From Minisyncoccota bacterium (lineage in GTDB: Bacteria > Patescibacteriota > Minisyncoccia > Phycocordibacterales > UBA9973): a stretch of DNA of 64,000 bases. Positions within the stretch are counted from its first letter, which is position 1. Each line of letters opens with the position of its first letter. A program made the position numbers and the translations under genes. The notes below the pieces were generated by a model, which searched no databases, was not told the DNA's origin, and saw only the letters and a list, made by a program, of their open reading frames with translations. The stretch spans positions 17,958-81,957 of the forward strand of contig JBAYFP010000001.1 of the NCBI GenBank assembly GCA_041667145.1. Direction: 5' to 3'. Shown in pieces: positions 1 to 8,440 of the stretch.

Positions 1-158
1 AGGATGCATACCCTGTAGTCAGCTTTGCTGTACTACTGGGGTTCGAATAAGTTTGGTGAAAGGGTAGTAATTTACCCCATACCACTAACCACTATATCTC
101 TAGGAAGTTCACAATGTTCACATGTGCATAAGTGAACGTTGTCTTTTATTGAGAGAAA

Positions 159-440
159 TTGTATAGTTTTTGTATGGCATATCTATATGTATTTTTATTT
201 GCATTAATATTTATCACATCAGGTATCATTAATCTCAACCCTAAACTACGTGTTTGGGCTATAAACTATAACAATCAAATGAGAGGTATTAAAACCGAAA
301 TTACAGAAAAAACCCATAAAACATATTTTTACTTTGGTTTATTTTCATTAATAATTGGCATATGTATTTTAATATTTGCTATTTTATTTTCGCTAAAAAT
401 TTGTACTCTGATTACACCATTTTATTGGTGTCCTAAATAA
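159..440 (+). CDS. hypothetical small membrane protein
   Basis: 93-aa ORF with two hydrophobic segments; no recognisable motif. Confidence 0.25.
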   Translation: MYSFCMAYLYVFLFALIFITSGIINLNPKLRVWAINYNNQMRGIKTEITEKTHKTYFYFGLFSLIIGICILIFAILFSLKICTLITPFYWCPK

Positions 441-448
441 CATATCTG

Positions 449-476
449 GCTCCAGACTTGGGAGGATGTTCGAATG
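449..476 (+). repeat. 28-bp direct repeat copy A (GCTCCAGACTTGGGAGGATGTTCGAATG; SD GGGAGGA + ATG)
   Basis: near-identical copies at 1520-1547 and 2047-2074; followed by 6-codon ORF MSIIGE*. Confidence 0.8.
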
Positions 477-500
477 AGTATAATAGGGGAGTAGAAAGAG

Positions 501-535
501 ATAAAATAAAACCCCTCGACTTTCATCAAGGGGCC
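501..535 (-). terminator. rho-independent terminator downstream of pepE
   Basis: minus-strand hairpin CCCCT/AGGGG (512-516 with 529-533) followed by T-rich run (plus 501-511). Confidence 0.4.
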
Positions 536-613
536 GATAGTATATTCTATCCGATTACCTATACCTATAACCACTTTTGATTTTTATTACTATTTGGATG
601 TTTTTTCCGAAAA

Positions 614-1357
614 TTACAACATTTCTTTTTCCGGATAAGGCTTACCAGGTAGCCAAAGTGTTGGTTCTTTGGCATTTTTGAAAATAACCGCTTCTCCCTT
701 TCCCTTGAGGATGTATTCGTCATTTTCCACGACAATCCAACATCCCTCTGGCAAACCGATAACTGTTTGATTTTGGTTCCACATAAGAAATTGCTGGATT
801 CTCTCTCCACGTGTTTCCCCCATATGTTTTTCTACGAGGGCTCCAGAAACAAAATGTGGATTGATTTGGAAAGGAACTAAACCCAGAGCTTTGTCGCTTC
901 TTGGGAATATGGGGGCCATGTCATTTGTTGTCATCATGCTGGGACAAGCTACAACGGTACCAGCACTTGCGCTGATATATTTCCATTCGCAGGAACTGAC
1001 CTTTCCAAGAATTCGATGAATGAGCTCAAATTCATGAAGCCAGTACGCCAATGTCCATGTGTTGCCTCCGCCGATACAGATGGCTATGATCGAAGGATCA
1101 GAGAAACAGTCTCGAGCTGGATATGAAGTGATGTCTACGAGCTCATATCCTAGTTCGGCAAATGGTTCGGAAACCATTTTTGTATAATCTGTATAACCTG
1201 TATAACCTCCGTTTGCCTTTGCATATGGAATAAACACGATTTTATTTTTCCCTTGGATTGCGGGTCCCAAGAAATTCTTTAAGTCATCAAGACAATGACC
1301 CCAGAATTTACCATCTTGGTAGCGAGAACTACTGATTAGAAAAAGTTGTTTCATCAC
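614..1357 (-). CDS. pepE: dipeptidase E (peptidase S51, alpha-aspartyl dipeptidase)
   Basis: full-length resemblance to PepE, including GGGNT and TTNDMP-like motifs; AAGGAG SD 6 nt upstream of ATG. Confidence 0.75.
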   Translation of the reverse strand: MMKQLFLISSSRYQDGKFWGHCLDDLKNFLGPAIQGKNKIVFIPYAKANGGYTGYTDYTKMVSEPFAELGYELVDITSYPARDCFSDPSIIAICIGGGNTWTLAYWLHEFELIHRILGKVSSCEWKYISASAGTVVACPSMMTTNDMAPIFPRSDKALGLVPFQINPHFVSGALVEKHMGETRGERIQQFLMWNQNQTVIGLPEGCWIVVENDEYILKGKGEAVIFKNAKEPTLWLPGKPYPEKEML

Positions 1358-1519
1358 TATCTCCTTAATTGATTGTGAATTTTTTATTTATATTATTTGT
1401 AGCAACCAAATTTTTATAAAGAAACGTATTAGACAAAACGTAGAAAAACTTTTATCTCAAAGAATTGTATTTAATTACAAATTACCACATATTTAATTAT
1501 GAGTCAATTTTCCCACGAT

Positions 1520-1547
1520 GCTCCAGACTTGGGAGGATGTTCGAATG
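1520..1547 (+). repeat. 28-bp direct repeat copy B
   Basis: identical to copy A; followed by 8-codon ORF MEMIKMNN* and a hairpin. Confidence 0.8.
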
Positions 1548-1573
1548 GAAATGATAAAAATGAATAACTGAAA

Positions 1574-1604
1574 AAGCCTGTCCCCTCATAGAGAGGACAG
1601 GCTT
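1574..1604 (+). terminator. perfect 10-bp hairpin AAGCCTGTCC..GGACAGGCTT
   Basis: stem 1574-1583 with 1595-1604, 11-nt loop, followed by GTATTTG. Confidence 0.35.
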
Positions 1605-2046
1605 GTATTTGACAGTTCTATATCAACATATAATCGCCTTATTTAGAGATGTCAGCTCTGCATAGGCAATGGGAATCAGTCAAAATATATCTCGGAAGGA
1701 ATCTTAGAATGTGATTCCCTAGATCTTCCAGAACCATCCGAGACATAGCTCAGTTTAAAAAAATAGAATCTCCGACATTACTGAGCATCATTCGGGATAA
1801 TGAAGACTAATATGACTGCACTGGCGTATCTTAAAAGTTGTCTTCGAAACTCTTAAGATAAAAAACATAGGCCCTTACAGTTTAGATAATAAAGAACTAC
1901 AACAAATGTAGAAGGAGGCAAATATCACCTAACTCCTACATAATCAGGATAGCATATTCTGATTTAAAAGTCAAGCATTTTTAAAATACTTTTTTGAAAC
2001 ATAAATAATTCTTATAAAATAAGGCTACATTGAATTGCTCCAAACT

Positions 2047-2074
2047 TGGGAGGATGTTCGAATGGCTATACTTA
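2047..2074 (+). repeat. 28-bp direct repeat copy C (one substitution)
   Basis: GCTCCAAACTTGGGAGGATGTTCGAATG; followed by 10-codon ORF. Confidence 0.8.
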
Positions 2075-2206
2075 ACGAAAAAGAGCCCGTGTGATTATTT
2101 AATAATCCACAGAAATTATAAAAATATTTCTCTATAATAATAGTTAACTTAAAAGTTATTAACAACGAAAACTTGTTATTTTGCGTGATTTTGGTATATT
2201 GACAAT

Positions 2207-2806
2207 ATGGTCAAATTGGTCAATCGTACAGATTTTGTGTCTAAAATTAAGGCTAAAAAGATTAGTCTTTTTTCTGGACGTGAGATTCAAACATTATTTG
2301 GAGTTTCTAAGGTTGCTACCACTGGCATATTGCATCGTTATAGCAAGCAAGGTTTTATCATCCAAATTAAACGAGGTTTGTATGCGTTTCCTGATGCTTT
2401 ACCTCCTGAATTGTATCTTGCTAATAAACTCTATGATCCATCCTATATCTCAAGAGAGTTTGCTCTGTCATATCGTGGGATAATTCCTGAGATGGTATAT
2501 GAAATTACATCAGTGACAACTAAGGCTACACAAAAATTTAAAGCATTAGGTAAAATATATTCTTATCGTACGATTAAAAAATCTGCTTTTACTGGGTACA
2601 CAGTAGAGAAACAGCAAGGTTTTACTTTTCGCATAGCAGATGCAGAAAAAGCATTTGTTGATACTCTTTATTATCGCGTTATTTTTGGAAAAAAACCTAT
2701 AAGTCGTTTTAATAAAGAAAAAATAAATAAAAATAAAGCACTTAAATATGGTGAACTTTTTGATAATCCTAAACTTATTGGTATACTAAAGAGAACATTA
2801 TCATGA
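2207..2806 (+). CDS. AbiEi-family antitoxin / transcriptional regulator (type IV TA)
   Basis: N-terminal wHTH-like pattern ...LFGVSKVATTGILHRYSKQGFIIQIKRGLYAFPD typical of AbiEi; stop overlaps start of the next gene (ATGA). Confidence 0.55.
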   Translation: MVKLVNRTDFVSKIKAKKISLFSGREIQTLFGVSKVATTGILHRYSKQGFIIQIKRGLYAFPDALPPELYLANKLYDPSYISREFALSYRGIIPEMVYEITSVTTKATQKFKALGKIYSYRTIKKSAFTGYTVEKQQGFTFRIADAEKAFVDTLYYRVIFGKKPISRFNKEKINKNKALKYGELFDNPKLIGILKRTLS

Positions 2807-3567
2807 TTGGACCAGAACTATTAGAAAATATTGCACGACAGGAACAAACAAGCATATTCCCGAATATTGTTCGTGAATATGTGCAACATTTGTTTTTAAC
2901 CGAGTTATATCAACTTCCAGAATCGGAGAAATTGCTTTTTAAAGGTGGCACTGCTCTGCGTATAGTTTATAATTCGCCACGTTTTTCAGAAGATTTAGAC
3001 TTTTCTTTATTTGGAGTTCCTTCTAATGAAATTGGATCATTTGTTGATCGTTTATTTCTTGACGTTCTTGCAAAACTTGAAAGTACAGGTATTCACATAG
3101 AAATCGATAATAAATCTGCTCGGACATCTGGTGGATACTTTGGTCTAGCTACTCTCAATACAAATGGTTATCCTCCTATAAACATTGAAATCAATATATC
3201 ATCTAGAGGTGGAAATCATATTCAAGGAGAAATAGATAGTATCACAAATAATTTTGTACCAACGTATACGCTTTATCATTTACCACAAAAAGATATGGTT
3301 GATGAAAAAATATTTGGTGCATTGATTGATAGGAAAAAACCTCGTGATTATTATGATTTATATTTTTTGATGCGTAAGGGGATGTTGTCTCCAGAGCAAA
3401 AAAAACATCTTAGTGAAGTTGCAAAAGAAATCATTGATAGTTCTAAACAAGTTGATTTTCAAGGAGAACTTGGAATATTTTTACCTGCAAGCCAACAATC
3501 TATTATACGTGATTTTCCCCAAACATTAGAAAGAGAAATGCGTAATCAACTTTCCTTTAATCAATAA
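2803..3567 (+). CDS. AbiEii/AbiGii-family nucleotidyltransferase toxin (abortive infection)
   Basis: hallmark FKGGTALRIVYNSPRFSEDLDFS motif of the DUF1814/AbiEii NTase family; 4-bp overlap with upstream AbiEi. Confidence 0.75.
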   Translation: MIGPELLENIARQEQTSIFPNIVREYVQHLFLTELYQLPESEKLLFKGGTALRIVYNSPRFSEDLDFSLFGVPSNEIGSFVDRLFLDVLAKLESTGIHIEIDNKSARTSGGYFGLATLNTNGYPPINIEINISSRGGNHIQGEIDSITNNFVPTYTLYHLPQKDMVDEKIFGALIDRKKPRDYYDLYFLMRKGMLSPEQKKHLSEVAKEIIDSSKQVDFQGELGIFLPASQQSIIRDFPQTLEREMRNQLSFNQ

Positions 3568-3664
3568 AATTGTTATTTAATATAATATTCTATTACAGAA
3601 GATACGACTCTATTTTTTTAGTTATTAAATAATATGTAAATACTAAAAGTACTTTAATTAAAAT

Positions 3665-4948
3665 ATGGCTGATCCAATACGCACCAAAAAAGTTAGCATT
3701 TTTGCTGAAACTAAAGTAGTTGTAGAAGGCAAAGAATTACTTATAAAACTAAATACTCTAGTTGACGCAGATAAATTTCTTGCACTATCAGAAGAGGAGA
3801 AAAAAACCTTTTTACTCCAAGAGGCAAATAAAACATCACCAACACCAGTTAGTGGTATTTTTACCCTAAACTCATCTTTCAAGTATGTTAACCCAAGTTT
3901 TTTGAAAGAATTTAATTATGGAAATGTTTTAGTTGAATTAAATATTCCATATTGCTTACATATTCCAAATGGATATGAGCTAGAAGTTATGTTTTCAAAA
4001 GACACAAAACAAATGGCACTTATAATCCCTTCAAAAATTTGGACTCAAAAAGCACAAACCAACAAAGAACGATCTGATGAAACAGATTTTTTTGCTGATG
4101 ACAGAGTTCTCTATTTTCGCAAAAATGCAATAGTGGGTCCTAAAATGCCCTTAGACTTATCAGAGGGTTGGGAGCAAAATTATACAGGTTTTAATGTGAA
4201 TAGAATAAAAGATAGAAATGGAAGATTTCGCTTTACGCATTTATATATACAGTTTGATTTAACTGCTACTGAAAAAGAGTTAGAAAATAAGTTTAATTCT
4301 AATATAGTAATTGAAAAAGTAAAAGACATAACATTCCAAGTAGTTAATAAACTTATAGATGCCTATAGATTTACAACAAACGAAGAATATATCACTAGGC
4401 TTGGAGAAGTTAGTTTAACTATGATTTATTTCATTGATTTAAATCAAGGTATTTATTTATCACAAGTAAATACAGAGGTGGCACCAATGAATAGGTCTAA
4501 ACCAGAAATAGAAAAAATAGAAGAAATGTTAGATAAAGGAGATAGCCCAGATTTATATACTTTACTATTATTAGACGCACAGAACTCTTTCAATACCAAA
4601 AACTATCCTCTCGCTGTAGTCCAATCATTTCAAGCACTAGAAATCTTTATTGAAAATTTTTTAATTAAAGGATTTATTGATGTTGGTAAAACAGAAATAG
4701 AAGCTTCTGATTATATAATTCAAAGTAATAATTGGATGACTAAAACCAGATTAAAAGAGTTACTTAAAGAAATTAAAGGAAAATCTTTACAAGAAATAGA
4801 TCAATCTCTTTGGGATAAATGGTGCACCACCTACGATGTAGTAAGAACTGCTGTCATACACAAAGGTAAAGAACCTATTGTCTCTGAAATAAAAAATACT
4901 CTTGAAAATAATTTTCAAGTTATTGAGTTACTAAAATCATTGGTTTAA
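3665..4948 (+). CDS. hypothetical protein, possible C-terminal HEPN-like domain (Rx4H)
   Basis: 427 aa, no known catalytic motif except C-terminal VVRTAVIH (R-x4-H) preceded by helix-like ALEIFIENFL; sits in a defense island. Confidence 0.3.
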   Translation: MADPIRTKKVSIFAETKVVVEGKELLIKLNTLVDADKFLALSEEEKKTFLLQEANKTSPTPVSGIFTLNSSFKYVNPSFLKEFNYGNVLVELNIPYCLHIPNGYELEVMFSKDTKQMALIIPSKIWTQKAQTNKERSDETDFFADDRVLYFRKNAIVGPKMPLDLSEGWEQNYTGFNVNRIKDRNGRFRFTHLYIQFDLTATEKELENKFNSNIVIEKVKDITFQVVNKLIDAYRFTTNEEYITRLGEVSLTMIYFIDLNQGIYLSQVNTEVAPMNRSKPEIEKIEEMLDKGDSPDLYTLLLLDAQNSFNTKNYPLAVVQSFQALEIFIENFLIKGFIDVGKTEIEASDYIIQSNNWMTKTRLKELLKEIKGKSLQEIDQSLWDKWCTTYDVVRTAVIHKGKEPIVSEIKNTLENNFQVIELLKSLV

Positions 4949-5160
4949 GTAATTTTTATTTTCATAATAAAAACTATTCAGTTAATTGAATAATTCAAAT
5001 AATACTATTTTTTATTTTTTGTTATAATGATAATAATCAGCCGAAAGTTAAAAGCTGTTTTTAACTTACTTACCCTTCTTTAATATAGACCTAACAGTAA
5101 AAGTCGCTTCTAGCTTCTTGTTTTATTAGGTCCTAATATTATTAAATAAAATTAAAAAAT

Positions 5161-5562
5161 ATGTCTACAATAAAACAAAAAAAACTAGCAAAAGAAATAG
5201 TAAATAATATGAAAAGAACAAAACCCATTAATAAAGGAAAATTGGTGGAAATGGTTGGATATAGTAAAATAACAGCGGAAACAAAACCCGGAGAAATAAT
5301 TCATCAAAAAGGTGTTCAAGAAGAATTAAAAGAATTAGGTTTTGATGAAGATTCTGCAAAAAAGGTTGTTAGTGAAATAATGAATAATCCAAAAGCAGAA
5401 CCAGGTGCTAGATTAAAAGCAACGGACCAGGTATTTAAAGTTTTGGGTTTGTATTCTCCAAAAGAACCTGTTAATAAATTTGCTGGATGGAGCAGAGAAC
5501 AATTAATAGATCTAATCCTTTCAAAAATTACAAACAAATCAATTCATGTAGTTAGTCATTAG
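5161..5562 (+). CDS. phage terminase small subunit-like HTH protein
   Basis: N-terminus KQKKLAKEIV..GKLVEMVGYSKITAETKPGEIIHQKGVQEEL follows the Terminase_2 pattern (KQxxFxxEY..AGYSxKTA..). Confidence 0.35.
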   Translation: MSTIKQKKLAKEIVNNMKRTKPINKGKLVEMVGYSKITAETKPGEIIHQKGVQEELKELGFDEDSAKKVVSEIMNNPKAEPGARLKATDQVFKVLGLYSPKEPVNKFAGWSREQLIDLILSKITNKSIHVVSH

Positions 5563-5565
5563 AAG

Positions 5566-5973
5566 CTATTTTAAAAGACTTAGAAGAGGTAATAATGTTG
5601 CAGGAGAAATAATAAATATTGTATTTGATACAAACATAAGAATATTAATAAATACTAATAAAATCATAATCCATTTCTCTATTTCTCTTTCTTCATCAAT
5701 TTTAAAGATAGCTATTATTCCAAAAATAGCTGATATAAATATAGGCATTACATAAAAAATATAAAAAGGCACCCAATCTAAAAAATCTGGAACAGATAAA
5801 ATTTGAGATACAGATAAATGTTTATATATAAATTTAGGTACCCATTCATCTGGTATATATATCCCTAATAAATGTGATACAGAATATTCACCAACAAGCA
5901 AATAAAATATTGTAAAAATTACTGCCAGAATTGAAAATTTATTTATCTTTTTAAGCATGTGTTTATAAAACAA
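5566..5973 (-). CDS. hypothetical membrane protein
   Basis: 135 aa, 4 hydrophobic helices. Confidence 0.4.
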   Translation of the reverse strand: MFYKHMLKKINKFSILAVIFTIFYLLVGEYSVSHLLGIYIPDEWVPKFIYKHLSVSQILSVPDFLDWVPFYIFYVMPIFISAIFGIIAIFKIDEEREIEKWIMILLVFINILMFVSNTIFIISPATLLPLLSLLK

Positions 5974-7119
5974 TTACTGCTCATGTATAGCTGAATAATT
6001 AATAATAGAACCTAAGCTCTCTAATTCACCTACAGTTACAGATGTTGGTATACCAAACCAACAACCATTCTTTTTTAAGAAAGCTCCTCCACCAGAATTA
6101 CCATGTTCTATCTTAGCTGATGTCTTAATCATATATCCCTCAAATCCGCTTATAACTCCCTCTGTGGCAGTAATAGTGTCACCTCCTACTCCTGGATAAC
6201 CCAAAATTATGATTTCATCACCTAACTTAATACTACTAGATCGACAAAGGTTATGTGCAACTGTACTAACACTGTCTGGAAGAGTCTGTATTGGTTTAAG
6301 TAAGGCAATATCTAAAGTTGGGACGGTAGAAGCAACACTGGTGTCATACCAACGTACGGGAGATTTCTTTATATCATCTGTAACCCCCACACTGCATAAA
6401 ACTGAGTCTTTTACTACATGTAAGTTAGTTAAAATAAATTTATTTAACCCGAAAATAGTTCCACTCCCTACAACAAAATTTTCAGAAGATCCATCAGAAC
6501 AGATTATCCTAACTATATATTTTGCTAAGTCACTCGCAAGCAGTGAACTGTTTGCCTGAGTAGAAGTGATAATTTTTTGTGGTTTGTTTTTGAGTATTTC
6601 TACTTCTTGTCTTAAATTTTCAACTTCTAGATTTTTTAATTTTTGTGTTTCTTTATCTTTTTTTTCTTTATTAATCTTTTCAATTTCATCTACTAGATTT
6701 ATTTTTTCTTTATTCAATACTTCCTTAAATATTTTTATGTCTTCTTCTGTAAAATTCTTTACTAATTTATTTACTTCATCGTTTTTATCTTCTCTTATAA
6801 GTTTTTGTACCCTCAAAACAACAGGAAACATTCTTTTTTCAGCTTGATAATTTTGATAGTACTTAAAGCCAAAATAACTAGCACCACCAATAACAACCAT
6901 ACTCAAAAATAGTATAGGGATAAACCACTTGTATTTTAAATATTTTATTTTAATCCCTTTTGATTTCAAAAACCTGAATATAAAATACGAAGTCAAAATG
7001 AGAAACAGAAAGACAATAAAATAAATGATCTCATTAGTAGAAATACTACTTTTCTGATGTGTAGTTTCTAAAATCGTAGGTGAAACTTCTTCTTTTGGAA
7101 ATTCATAAGGTATTATCAT
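5974..7119 (-). CDS. membrane-anchored trypsin-like serine peptidase (S1 family) with coiled-coil
   Basis: N-terminal TM, KE-rich coiled coil, C-terminal domain with TNLHVV (His), DIALL (Asp), GNSGG (Ser) motifs. Confidence 0.6.
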   Translation of the reverse strand: MIIPYEFPKEEVSPTILETTHQKSSISTNEIIYFIVFLFLILTSYFIFRFLKSKGIKIKYLKYKWFIPILFLSMVVIGGASYFGFKYYQNYQAEKRMFPVVLRVQKLIREDKNDEVNKLVKNFTEEDIKIFKEVLNKEKINLVDEIEKINKEKKDKETQKLKNLEVENLRQEVEILKNKPQKIITSTQANSSLLASDLAKYIVRIICSDGSSENFVVGSGTIFGLNKFILTNLHVVKDSVLCSVGVTDDIKKSPVRWYDTSVASTVPTLDIALLKPIQTLPDSVSTVAHNLCRSSSIKLGDEIIILGYPGVGGDTITATEGVISGFEGYMIKTSAKIEHGNSGGGAFLKKNGCWFGIPTSVTVGELESLGSIINYSAIHEQ

Positions 7120-7123
7120 AATT

Positions 7124-7726
7124 TTAATTTTCTATTTCATAATAAAAGTCTTTCCCATTTTCTCGTTTACAAAATGATGAATAATAATTTCCATTATTAA
7201 TGAATAATATAGTTAATCCATCTGATTTCCAAAATAAACATAATAATTCCTCGTCATTTTTTATTGCTTCAAGAGAATATTTTTTTGAAAGCCCATACAA
7301 AAACTCATAAGAGTAATAAATAACTATTATTAATAGTGACAATATAGTAAACCATTGCTTTTCAAAAATTGAGGATAAAAGTAAAACAACAAACGAGATA
7401 TTGACCACATATTCTCTTGTGGGAGAATTTGGAGTTAATAAAAAGAAAGCTATTACTGAAAAAGGCAGAGTAAGAAGTAATATAAAATTACTAGTTACAA
7501 AACTATAAATTATAAGAGCTAATATCAGTACAAACGGGACTGCAGCACTAAGCATAGTTCTTGTTCTTAAATTTTTTGGCACCTTGTGTCCTGATATTAT
7601 CCAATTTAAAGCATTGCCTTTTGCTACGAGTAATTGACTTTCTTTTTTATTAAGTGATTCTTGTAATTGGTCAAAATTAGTGAAGGGAAAATTTTTTAAA
7701 TACTCAATTTTTTCAAAATTTTTCAT
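7124..7726 (-). CDS. hypothetical membrane protein
   Basis: 200 aa, several TM helices. Confidence 0.4.
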   Translation of the reverse strand: MKNFEKIEYLKNFPFTNFDQLQESLNKKESQLLVAKGNALNWIISGHKVPKNLRTRTMLSAAVPFVLILALIIYSFVTSNFILLLTLPFSVIAFFLLTPNSPTREYVVNISFVVLLLSSIFEKQWFTILSLLIIVIYYSYEFLYGLSKKYSLEAIKNDEELLCLFWKSDGLTILFINNGNYYSSFCKRENGKDFYYEIEN

Positions 7727-8203
7727 AAATTATTTACTAGAACGCAAAAAGCTCCCAGCCAGCTTGATGGTTTTTAAGCCACCCGTATCCGTTTCCAGAT
7801 ACGACACAGTGAAGTGTAAACTCTGACTAGGAGTTCTTTATTCTTCACTGTGTTTTTAACCATACCTTATAGCTTTTTAAGCAATAAGGGTTAGGTCCTG
7901 TTTATTTAATTGTATTTATATTGTAACAAAAGAGAATTTGATAGTCTAATGTTTTTTTATTTGACTTTTAAAGCTTAGGAGTTAGAATAGAAATGTAGAG
8001 TTTTTAAAAAATAAAATATATGGCTTCTATTATTCAGAGAGTTTTTGTTTTTCCGCGAGACCAATAATTTTGGATACGCGAGATAGTCTTTAAAAGATTA
8101 AACCTGAAAATTGAATGCTAAATTATTACTAAAAAGATAACTCTTTTTAGGGTGTATTTAGTGTTTAATTTTTAGCTTAGGTCTAAAAATGAACAAATAA
8201 ATT

Positions 8204-8226
8204 ACCGCCAGTCGCGGTTTTTTTAT
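8204..8226 (+). terminator. small hairpin + T7 run
   Basis: ACCGC..GCGGT stem followed by TTTTTTT. Confidence 0.3.
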
Positions 8227-8261
8227 TTGTCTAAGCACTTCTTATTATACCCTTAATTTTT

Positions 8262-8432
8262 ATGGAATTAAGTGAGAAGGCAAAAAAAGAATTAAAACAA
8301 ATTCTTCAAAAGGAAATAGGTTTCGAGAGTGTCTCAATGCTCACTGATCAAGAGATTAATCATCTTGGTGTTTTTTTTCTTTCTATTTTTACTGAATCAC
8401 TCAAAATGAAAAATCTTAAAAAAAGCATATAA
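8262..8432 (+). CDS. small ORF (56 aa) immediately upstream of the serine recombinase
   Basis: ATG 8262 to TAA 8430-8432, MELSEKAKKELKQILQKEIGFESVSMLTDQEINHLGVFFLSIFTESLKMKNLKKSI; position suggests a helper/RDF-like protein but no motif. Confidence 0.2.
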   Translation: MELSEKAKKELKQILQKEIGFESVSMLTDQEINHLGVFFLSIFTESLKMKNLKKSI

Positions 8433-8440
8433 TATAAATT

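Noticed and set aside
1-110. GGGGTTCGAAT near the window start as a tRNA T-loop fragment
   Set aside because: No flanking stems give an acceptor or T-arm on either strand; only a loose resemblance to the 28-bp repeat.
449-2074. Possible CRISPR array, given three identical 28-bp direct repeats
   Set aside because: Spacing is 1071 and 527 bp, one spacer contains the pepE gene, and no cas genes are present. The repeats carry an SD+ATG, so this is not a CRISPR.
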